A stretch of DNA of 64,000 bases from Minutocellus sp. GHC0000111 (Eukaryota), in contig OZ361259.1 of assembly GCA_977018835.1 (NCBI GenBank), positions 4,154,001 to 4,218,000 on the forward strand. Direction: 5' to 3'. This document shows, piece by piece, positions 33,967-43,452 of the stretch. The first letter of the stretch is position 1, and each line of letters begins with the position of its first letter. The translations under genes and the position numbers were made by a program. The notes beneath the pieces were generated by a model. The model did no database searches and was not told the origin of the DNA. It saw only the letters and a program-made list of their open reading frames with translations.

Positions 33967-35427
33967 TTAGGCAGATACTGCCATTCGCGGCCGGTGTAAG
34001 GGGCCAGCTACCCTCGCCCTCTTTGGCCGGTGGTGACTTGTGCTCTCGTCATTATCAAGAACTTTAATGATAGTGATATGCTGACGCTTGGCATGATGAT
34101 GTCCGTGGCAAAGATTTTTCCTTGGTGGCCGATTCGGTGGTGGTGGCATCATTTTGCGATCCAAATCTTCGTTGGTCTCAAAGGTTGGGGTAATGTTGGA
34201 CACACCCTCTGGTCCCTGTTGAGGATAGTGCTCATTATCGGTGCTCTCTTCGTCATCCTCCGAGGCAGATGAAGAACTGTCGTCAACGCTGATAGATCGC
34301 GTGGGAGCAGGCGTCGGCGTGGGGTGGTGATGGCCGACGACGATCGCTGTGCGGGAGTATGCCATCTTTACAATCTCCTGCACAACTTCACGGACCTTGG
34401 CACTTAGGACAGCTCGTAGATCACTCGATTCAATATTGATGGCCACTGTCTCTATGCGAGATGTGAAGCGCGAGAAGATGGCGGTGATGCTACCTGGAAC
34501 ACTCAGGCGGAGAGTCGTCTTATCAGTTGAATCGAGGAGAGAAAGGTCCAGCACCGCTTCAAAGACAATGGGTTGGGTGACGGTAGTCTTCTTGCTGGAC
34601 TGCGATGGTGGTTGTGCCTTGTTGTTGGAAGCGGTCGATGACGAGGCTTCGTCCGTTGACTCCTTTGGTGGGCACGTTACCCAGTTTGTCACCGATGCCA
34701 GGATGGCGTACGGCTTCTCCTCGACTTTGTCCTCTTCGTCGCTACTGCTGTCGCTGGAGCTGCCGCTGAGATCTTCTAGAATGTTGGGAAAGAGGCTACG
34801 AATGGCGTTGGCGTGGGCCAGGGCGGTGGCTTCGTCCATGCGCCCTCCCGATTCGGCGTTCCCTGCCTCTCGGGAGGCCATCAGCGATCGCTGGAGGAGG
34901 GCCAGTGCGGTCCTTCTCAACTCGGCGTCAAGAAGCGATTGAAATGCGGAGAGGAAGTTGGTGTGGGCCGTCGGCGATGCCTGGGAGATGTCGAGCTTGT
35001 TGAAACGCATGTTCCGGACGAGATTGTCGAAGGGATGACTATTGTTGTAGTTTTGGTGACGCACATGTTCGTTGAGAGGGAACGTCGAGTTGTCGCTAGA
35101 GTCACCGGTGGTAGACGATGGTGTCAAGAATGAGAATTTGTTCTTTCGCTCGGTAAAGTCAAGGCAGGGCAACGAGAAGGTTGCAACCTTGCATCCTGAG
35201 CCGGAGGACTCGAGGAAGCACGACAACTGCTTGGCACCGGGACAGATGACTTCATGGTGGTCGTTCCTTGGGCTGCTGCCGGAGGACGATGTTCGGATTC
35301 GCTTCGTGCCGGCTTTACGACCAGACGACGACTGCTGGGCGACGCCGTCGACACTGCTGCACGAGGCGAGGCGCGAGACGAAGGCGTGCAGGACCTGGGT
35401 TGAGTCGAGCTGCTGCTTGGGACCCAT
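33967..35427 (-). CDS. Hypothetical Ser-rich protein
   Basis: Long ORF from MGPKQQ with no recognised family. Confidence 0.6.
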   Translation of the reverse strand: MGPKQQLDSTQVLHAFVSRLASCSSVDGVAQQSSSGRKAGTKRIRTSSSGSSPRNDHHEVICPGAKQLSCFLESSGSGCKVATFSLPCLDFTERKNKFSFLTPSSTTGDSSDNSTFPLNEHVRHQNYNNSHPFDNLVRNMRFNKLDISQASPTAHTNFLSAFQSLLDAELRRTALALLQRSLMASREAGNAESGGRMDEATALAHANAIRSLFPNILEDLSGSSSDSSSDEEDKVEEKPYAILASVTNWVTCPPKESTDEASSSTASNNKAQPPSQSSKKTTVTQPIVFEAVLDLSLLDSTDKTTLRLSVPGSITAIFSRFTSRIETVAINIESSDLRAVLSAKVREVVQEIVKMAYSRTAIVVGHHHPTPTPAPTRSISVDDSSSSASEDDEESTDNEHYPQQGPEGVSNITPTFETNEDLDRKMMPPPPNRPPRKNLCHGHHHAKRQHITIIKVLDNDESTSHHRPKRARVAGPLHRPRMAVSA

Positions 35428-36143
35428 GGTTGAAGGTTGAATTGAGACGAGTGGTGGATGGTATTGCGAGCATGTATCCCTTGCTTCAACGAGACAGCGA
35501 ATTGGGCATTCTTTTCTGTCTGGTCGTGATGGCGATTGCAAGCGCCGCCGAAATGCGGTGTCAATATTGCCGCGGTAAAGAACATGTGACACTCAAAGAG
35601 GCCTTTTTAGCCTTTTCAGAAATCTGCGACCTTCAGTGACATTTTGTGCTCGTTGATGTGACTGGAATCCGAATCATTACAACGAAAAGAGCCTTAGTGA
35701 GGCCTGGTTTCAGTTTTTTCCCGAGGCGGGGTTTCTGAAAAGTAAAGAAAAAAAGAGAGGGAAAGTTTTGCGAAAGAGCGGAGGAGGGTGATGGCTTGAT
35801 TTTCATCTTGCTCTCATTCACCAACTCGGCGAGTTGGTCTGCGCGCACCCATTTTTGTGAGTTGATACTATCCCCCTCGGAGTTAGCGCGCAAATGGTTG
35901 AAAGATAGCATCAGATTGGGCTATCGAGTTGTTGGATAGGTGTGCGCAAGTGCTTTCTCTTCTGGACCAAGCTTTCATATCACCTCTCACCAAGTGACCG
36001 TCCCACGCTGGAATCGGGCATAATAATTGCTTCCAACATAAATTATTGCAGCAAGCGAATCACCGGCAATTGAGCGTGCGCGAATCTGCAGACCAATATT
36101 CTAATACCAGCCAGACAGCCCCTCATCTCAAAATATTCCCAGA

Positions 36144-36950
36144 ATGAGCACACGGTGGAGACGGAGGGGTATCCTCCGGCAAGACGATGCCGCCAATGGC
36201 GATAACGGGCCAGATGATGATGAACAATATTCCGGTGACCATGCACAAAGCTGGGAGACCAGCCAAAATCAGGCACTGGCCCAGCAGGAGGCACAAGAAG
36301 AGGAGGAGGCCAGATTGCGCGTTGAGGCGTATATCAATGATCTGGAGGAGGAGCTGGCAGAACTTCGGGTCAAGGTGGATGGGAGGGAGATGGCCATGCA
36401 AACTCTGGAAACCACAGTTTCGATGCAAAGCAATACCATACAAGAGCTGCAAGAGGAGCTGGAAGATGCTCGAAAGACTGCACTTGCGGCGGCCGAGAAG
36501 GCGGCGGCGGCAACAGAGGTGGCGGCGACGGCCGAGGCAGCGACGGAGGCGGCACTGGCCGCGAGCAATAATTCTCTCCCCAATGCAAACGAAGAAGCGC
36601 AGGAGGAGCAAATCAAGATGCTCCGTATGGAGATGGAGGACATGTACAACCAGCATCAAGAATCGGAAGAACGATTACAGTCCACCATAGATCGGTTGGA
36701 AGGGGAAACAGAGAGGACGAAATCGGAACGTGAACGTTTGAAATCGGACAAGTCGGAGCTCAAATCGGACAATGAACGGCTAAAGAAGAAGGTCCACGAA
36801 AAGAAGAAGCTGGTGGTCAGCCTAACGAAAAAGCTCACCGAATGCCAGATGTACATCAAGGAGCTAACGGATGAGCTGGAACGGTTGTACAAGGAGTGTG
36901 GTACCCCAGACACGGCCAAATCCAGCCACCAATCGAATGGTACACGATAA
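36144..36950 (+). CDS. Coiled-coil protein
   Basis: 268 aa, E/A/K-rich heptad pattern. Confidence 0.65.
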   Translation: MSTRWRRRGILRQDDAANGDNGPDDDEQYSGDHAQSWETSQNQALAQQEAQEEEEARLRVEAYINDLEEELAELRVKVDGREMAMQTLETTVSMQSNTIQELQEELEDARKTALAAAEKAAAATEVAATAEAATEAALAASNNSLPNANEEAQEEQIKMLRMEMEDMYNQHQESEERLQSTIDRLEGETERTKSERERLKSDKSELKSDNERLKKKVHEKKKLVVSLTKKLTECQMYIKELTDELERLYKECGTPDTAKSSHQSNGTR

Positions 36951-37203
36951 ATATGCTTATTGTAATCGAACTTCCCTTTGGCATCGTCGTCGGGTCGATT
37001 GGCTTGGATTTTCAGTTGTTCATCTTTCATTTTTGGCTCTTTCTTCATTCGACCGGGATTGCGAATGTGAAGGAGACGCGGACAAAGATATAGCGATACT
37101 ATTTCGATATCTGCGGTAATTTACTTAGTCTACTGATTACTAGTAGATCTTTAAAGACTCTACACGTACCGGTACCGATGGTAGTCTACCGGTAACATCA
37201 TGG

Positions 37204-37264
37204 AGTGGGGTGATCTCTCCGGTGGGGTGATCTCTCCGGTGGGGTGATCTCTCCGTGGGGTGAT
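37204..37264. repeat. Tandem repeat of about 3.5 copies of GGTGGGGTGATCTCTCC (17-18 nt period)
   Basis: Seen directly, upstream of the SET gene. Confidence 0.85.
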
Positions 37265-37399
37265 GGCGTGAGATGGCAGTGATAGCATGCCCAATATCCG
37301 GGTTATCTTGTTGTGTTCGGCGAGGCTCGGTGAGCTTTTCCCACCAGCGTCGTGCGCATGCGTCATTTACCGTGCTCGCTTGCTCCATTGCTCCATGCC

Positions 37400-38701
37400 A
37401 TGATGAAGATCTACGTGCCGGTCCTTGCCACCGCCGTCTTGGCGGCGGCCTCTTCAGTGTCTGCGTTTCATGTACACCGCCAGTCGCCTCGACCCTCCTT
37501 TTCCAAGCTCTCGGTATACGTCAACGTCGCAGAAGATGCACCGAGATCTGTGCAGCCGTTCGACGAATGGGCGACGGCATGCATCGCTGCTTTCCAGCTA
37601 ACAAGTGAAGACGAATACGGACAAAATATTGGCGTGATGACTACCGAAGACTTGCCGGCGGGAAGTCCTGTCTTGTTCGTTCCCGGCAATATGATACTCA
37701 GTAGCTATCAGGCGGCCGCAGAAGTTGGGCGGATCGATGCTGCCGAGAAGCGACTTGTATCAGCGAAGGCGGCCGACCACGTCCCTCAGTTCAATTTATT
37801 TCTCAAGATTCTATACGAATACGAACAAGGCGATGCAAGTCCATACTACCCATGGTTTGACTCTTTGCCGAGGTACTTCAGCTCTGGTTCGTCGATGACT
37901 CCTTTCTGTTTCGAATGCCTGCCGCCTCTTGCAGGTTATTTGGCAATGAACGAGCGAGTCAGATACATTCAATTCTTCCAGGCATTGCGATATGTTGAAT
38001 TTCTCAGTGAGGAAACAAAAAAGAACAAAGATCTGACGAGATGGGCATTTGCTCTCATTTATACTCGCGGCCTCACTGCCCCGGATGGCGATGTTCGGAT
38101 TGTACCTATGGCCGACTACTTTAATCATGGCACAGAGACAGAGGTTGAAATCAGCTTCACAGATGAGGGGGACTGTGTTGCCTACGCCTCGAGAGACGTT
38201 CCCGCGGGCTCGCCCTTGCGCATTTCCTATGGAGACCCGACAAACCCCTCTGCGTTCTTTGCCAAGTACGGGTTTCTGGATGAGTCGTCGCCGGCCACAT
38301 TCTGCAAAATCATGATCAAACGTCCCTCGAAGGAATTGGTAGATATGGGCTACGACCATTCCAAGATGGTCTTTTATAAAGACACGGGCGAGGTGAGTCA
38401 AGAAGTCTGGGATGTTCTATTGTATCAGATTCTGCAAGAGATCAATCCGACTGATATGCAAAGGCTATACGAGGCACAAGTGCGGGGTGATATAGCAAGC
38501 AAGCAGGCCATCCACCAACAATATTATCCCCAAACTGCAGCTGCATTGGTCAAGCACGTCAATGGATTTTTAAACGATCTGAACACTCTCAAGAGCAAGA
38601 GTGTTGGCAAGGACCCAGCTCAGCACCCGAGGCTGCCTCTCATAATGGCCCATAATGAGTTCGTCAGGGAGACCTTCGAAAGAGTCAGTGCAAACTTATA
38701 A
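37400..38701 (+). CDS. Plastid-targeted SET-domain protein (Rubisco LSMT-like)
   Basis: Signal peptide + VSA-F; GVMTTEDLPAG, VPMADYFNHG, ISYGDPTN and KYGFL. Confidence 0.85.
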   Translation: MMKIYVPVLATAVLAAASSVSAFHVHRQSPRPSFSKLSVYVNVAEDAPRSVQPFDEWATACIAAFQLTSEDEYGQNIGVMTTEDLPAGSPVLFVPGNMILSSYQAAAEVGRIDAAEKRLVSAKAADHVPQFNLFLKILYEYEQGDASPYYPWFDSLPRYFSSGSSMTPFCFECLPPLAGYLAMNERVRYIQFFQALRYVEFLSEETKKNKDLTRWAFALIYTRGLTAPDGDVRIVPMADYFNHGTETEVEISFTDEGDCVAYASRDVPAGSPLRISYGDPTNPSAFFAKYGFLDESSPATFCKIMIKRPSKELVDMGYDHSKMVFYKDTGEVSQEVWDVLLYQILQEINPTDMQRLYEAQVRGDIASKQAIHQQYYPQTAAALVKHVNGFLNDLNTLKSKSVGKDPAQHPRLPLIMAHNEFVRETFERVSANL

Positions 38702-38826
38702 CAGAGCGTCTTCCTACACGTAATATACAAACTTAGTAGAGTATATACATTGCAGCGATCTATCTACTTGTATGCATAGCTAGCCTCTATTCGATTTTTG
38801 CACAATATGTACGATAGCACAGTGTT

Positions 38827-40093
38827 CTAGTGTTGCTCTTCCTCGTTCTGAGCAGTCTGCTCACCAGACTCGATATCACTTCCGCTGGTGTTGGGCCTGG
38901 GCCTCGAAGATCTTCTTGGAGGAGTACCACTTCCAGAAGTGAAGGATGATCGTGAGGGCGAACCAAGACCAGAAGCAGGCAATCTGAAGCTGGGTGCGCT
39001 TGGACGAGTAACCAAAGGACTTGAGAAGGGCCATGGGCAATCTCTTGTGCGACCAGAAGGAGTCGGAGGAACCACCGTCAATCTTCCAAACGTAAGGAGT
39101 CTCGCCCAAGGCCTCCTCGAACTCGTGGCAACCACCGGTGAAAAGACCAACGGAAAGCATACCAAGGACAGCAGCCATGAAGAAGGCAAGCCACTTCTTG
39201 TTGTCGAGCTTACGGTTGCCCCAGTACAGGGCAAGGCCGATGGCAAGGCCCAAGATGATACCAATGACGGCGGAAAGGGGGATAGCGATGGCACCCTCGC
39301 CAAGGAAGAAGGGGATGAGGAAGACACCGCACTCGGCGACCTCACGCCAGATGTTCCAGGCAACGTTGAAGCGGATGGACTTGAGAGAAAGGCCAACAAC
39401 GACGCCGTCGGCGCCCATCTTCTTGCTGGCGTAGACGCCGAGCCACTTGGGGATCTTGAGCGAGAGCTAGAGGATGCAGATGGCGGCAACGATCTTGCTC
39501 ACGCCCTCGATGATGTCGGCTGTCTTCTCGTCGAGGTCCTGAGAGAGGACGGCGACGGCGATGACGACCAGGATGGCCACGAGGGTGGCCAAGAGGGCGG
39601 CGTTGGTGATGCACTTGAGGCCGGACTTGAGCTTCTCCTCATCGTTGTTCCATTCGGGAGACTTTTGGAGGATGGTGCTGTGGAGGTAGTATGAGTGGGG
39701 GGGGGTGATCAATAACGAGAGGTGAGTGATTGATTGACTCAGGTGAGTGATTGATTGACTGACGCACTTGCTACAATTGCAAATAGACATTGGCATTTCA
39801 GTTGCTGATAGTTGAATATTGGAGCACGTCTTGTGCTGCAATCAGTTGGAGCCCAGCAAATACATGGCGTTGTTGGCTGACAACTTGCCACTACGTAGTA
39901 GAGCTGAACTACGTAGCTAGACTTCGTTGTCACCACTCAATCAACTGATCGGTTGCGATTGTTGTTCTCTACAAATTGATCGATCGATCGAATTCGAGAC
40001 TCACCGGTACTGGCCAATGATGATGGCACCCTCGAGGAATTCTCGGGCGAAGATGGTGCAGATGGCAACGTCGAAGATCCTGTTACCGCTCAT
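38827..40093 (-). pseudogene. FTR1: FTR1-family high-affinity iron permease with in-frame TAG (39467-39469) and probable 3' frameshift; intron 40004-39678
   Basis: Two RExxE motifs (REFLE, REVAE), [19 protein letters not shown] and multiple hydrophobic segments. The frame continues after the stop ([14 protein letters not shown]). Confidence 0.85.
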
Positions 40094-40695
40094 GGTTGCA
40101 ACGATTTTGGTGGTGACACGTTCGTTGAAGTTGGGTCGACGAAAAGTGGATTGAGGTTGGTGAGGGCGTGTCGACCTTTTTGTCCAGAAGATTTTGTGGC
40201 TGTAAAAGTGCCACACAACCGCCACGCGTATGGATGGGGAATACTAGAGCTTTTGGTTTCATTGATTATACAAGAACTCTGTACATGATACCAGATACAA
40301 GTGTTATGACAAAAATTTGTTTTTAGGAAACAGTTCTTGGTAATCAAACCTCATCAAAACACCCTATATCTCCTTTGTTCGATTTTTTTAGCCCGAAAAA
40401 GGTTTGTACGTACGAGTTCGTGGCGTACTACTACGTACGTAGTAGGAAATCAACGCATTCGGTCTCGCTCGCAACCATGCTCATCATCATTTCTCGGTGT
40501 TCATAGCCCTGATAGTGGCCTAGTGGTCGGCCAGGGCTATGAACACTCGGACCTCGGACCGACCACGAGCTAGTTCATGCAGTAGCGATTGATGTGCCGT
40601 TGGAATTGGCCCTGACCTCTACTAGCCCTTGGATAGCACATTGCATAGCATATATAAAGAGTCGCAACACTGAAACAAATACAATCAACCGCAAC
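40094..40695. promoter_or_regulatory. Putative bidirectional promoter between FTR1 and the BTS-like gene
   Basis: Divergent ATGs; 18-bp palindrome 40428-40445; 15-bp inverted repeat 40497-40511/40532-40546; TATATAAA at ~40651. Confidence 0.6.
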
Positions 40696-40951
40696 ATGAC
40701 CAGCACAACATCTTCATCCCGGAAGCTCAGCAACGCCGACGCGGCTCTGGCCCTCGAGCAGGAGGCTGCCGAGGAGGCCGACAAGCGCCGCCGCCGACGG
40801 GCGCAGTTCGGAGACTGCGCCCTCGTGGAGATCGTTCACCTGCATGACTGCCTCCGCGGTGCCCTCGGCGCCCTCCAGCGCGACGTCAACGATCTGAGTG
40901 CCACCCTCTCCGCTCAGCAGCAGCAAGTCGGAAAACCAGCACATGTTGAAG

Positions 40952-40984
<33 letters not shown>

Positions 40985-43388
40985 GTAACTTGGCTGCTGT
41001 TGCTGCTTCTGACAATACCGACGCCTCCATCGATCGGATTGCCGACATTGAACGTCGCGTCGCCGGCCGCTTCAGGGTCATCTGGTCCGTCTTCCAGGCC
41101 CACAGCGCGGCCGAGGACGAGTTCATCTGGCCGGCCCTCCAGAAGAAGCAGGCCAGCCTCGACGCCGCCGCGGACGGGGAATCAGGCGCGGCGAATGATG
41201 CGGTTGCTGCCGCCGCTGGCGGTGAGGAGAATAATAATAATGACAATAACGGCAACCGGCAACAATATCTTCCGGCTCCGGTGGATGTAGCGGCGGCAGC
41301 CGGCGCAGCAGCAGGTGCTGCCGCCGGAGCCAGCGGTCCTTCCTCGCCGTGCATCATCGAGCAAGAGGAGTACGAGGAGGATCATGCCAACGAGGAGCGC
41401 ATGTTTGAGACGATGGACTCGCTCCTCACCCGTCTGCGCAAGGGCCTGTCCGAGCAGCGTCGCCGGTCGTCGTCCATGGCCAAGGCAGCAGCCGAAAATG
41501 CCAATGCTCCCTCTTCCGTTTCCACCGCAGTAGAGGCCGACGCCAGCCCCAGCACAGCTGTCGAAGGTACCGATATTGAGGTTCACGAGATGGCGCAAAA
41601 GATCGATGAGATCACCCACCACCTCAAGGAGCATTTGTTTTCCCACCTCGACAAGGAGGAGACCCACTGCATGCCCCTGGTCGTCAAGCATTTGAACAAG
41701 GAGGAGATTCACGAGCTGGTGGGCAAAATTATGGGCAAACGGTCCAGTGATCAGATGTACAACATTATGGACATGGCGGTCCAGAATCTAAGTCCGGAAG
41801 ATCGTGAGGAGATGGTCCGCTACATGAAACACGCCATGTATGGGACGTTCTTCGAACGTTGACCATGAGTGGATGGGGTAAGGAAGAGGAGGAAGGTAGT
41901 GAGGATGAAAAGGACAACAAGTCCGATGATGGCGATGACGATCGCACCGATGGAGATAAAAAGCCCGCGGCCAAGTCTGAAGAAGAGCTCCGCAGGGCAA
42001 GGTCACAAAGTTCGACCGACGGTGGTGATGCCAACGCCACCAACGCATGCCCTATCGCGTCGGGCGACGCAACTTCCTTGGCCGAGCTATGCCCTACCTG
42101 CGCCCCTGCTGGACAGTGTCTTGGTCAGGCCAACTCCGCCGCTGCCGCTACTACTGCCGGCGATACTGCAGCAGCTGCTGCCGCCGCTGCTTCTGCCCAA
42201 GAGCAAGATGACGATCTACCGGAACCCACATCGCAGGAAGAGCTCGAAAAGCTTATTCGAGCCGTCGCTACCAATCCGAGCCTTACTGCCATCCAAAAGA
42301 GTACCACTATCCAAGGCCTACGCGATTCGGTCCACAAAAGCCAATTGGAGCGCAAAAGGAAGCTGGAAGAAATGAGCAACGAAACGTCAGCGGCGGCCGC
42401 TCACTTGGCTCGCGCCAGACGGGTAACTCCTCCGTCGTCGTACTGGAAGAAGAAGCGAGATGGTACGATTGAATTGATCTGGAGCAGCGATTCTCCCAAT
42501 GCCAGATTCCCACCCGATGAGCTATCTGTACCGCTTTTTTCGGCTTCGGAGCTTGCCCCGACATACTTCGATGGAGCCACTTCGGCCGTCTTGGGATGTC
42601 CACATTATGCCCGAAGCTGCAAGGTCCGCCACCCCGCCTCGGGTCGGCTCTACACCTGCCGTCACTGCTGTGAACAGGATAGGGAGATGCCGATGAAGGA
42701 GCAAGATTCTCCCCTGGACCGTTATGAAGTGAAGGAAATCTTTTGCATGAAATGCAACGCACTGCAGCCAGTTGGTGAGAAGTGTTGCAACCCCAAGTGC
42801 GGTACCAAGTTCGCCCGGTGGTTTTGCAAGTACTGCAATCTATTTGACGATAGTCCTTCGAAGCAAATCTATCACTGCCCATTCTGCAACGTCTGTCGCG
42901 CTGGAAGAGGACTCGGTATCGATTACCGCCACTGCATGCGTTGCAATGCGTGCGTATCTATGGCCGAGAAGCACGAGAAACGACACAATTGCATCTCTCA
43001 AAAGCTACAGGGCAATTGCCCCATCTGCCACGAGGGCATGTTCCAGACTATCAAACCCCTACGAGCACTTCGTTGCGGACATGTCATGCATTTGCAGTGC
43101 TTTTCCATGTACGTCCGATCGGGACAATGGACCTGCCCACTCTGCAAAAAGAGCGTCGAAGACATGAGTGAATACTTTGCCCAGATCGATGCCGCCGTGC
43201 GTATGCAGCCCATGCCCGCGTCCTATGCCGGCACCATGAGCAACATCTATTGTCAGGATTGCTGCAAATCTTGCGTTGTTCCGTACCACTTCGTTGGCAT
43301 CAAGTGTTCTCATTGTGGAAGCTACAACACCAGAGAGCTCAGCCGAGGAGTAGAGAGTGCTGGAGGGGCGTCAAGTCAATCTTCATAG
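40696..43388 (+). CDS. BRUTUS/HRZ-like protein: hemerythrin + CHY/CTCHY zinc finger + RING + zinc ribbon (frame break at ~41859)
   Basis: Hemerythrin: HLHDCLR, HSAAEDEFIWPAL, DHANEE, HLDKEE. Zinc/RING region: LGCPHYARSC, CPFCNVCR.G.GLG.DYRHCMRCNAC, CPICHE...CGHVMH..C...CPLC, CQDC...YHFVGIKCSHCGSYNT. Confidence 0.9.
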
Positions 43389-43452
43389 AATTGCGAGAAG
43401 CACAAAATACCTACTAGTATTTACTACATTAGAGATTATTTTCATGCATGAA

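Noticed and set aside
37204..37264. CRISPR-like array
   Set aside because: No unique spacers, no cas genes, and a eukaryotic context.
39467..39472. Programmed readthrough or TAG reassignment in FTR1
   Set aside because: TAG terminates many genes in the window and the context is not a known leaky-stop signal.
38888..39694. 268-aa plus-strand ORF opposite FTR1
   Set aside because: Antisense shadow of a codon-biased gene.
39720..39762. 20-nt tandem duplication AGGTGAGTGATTGATTGACT resembling splice donors
   Set aside because: It lies on the non-coding strand within the FTR1 intron and is probably simple slippage.
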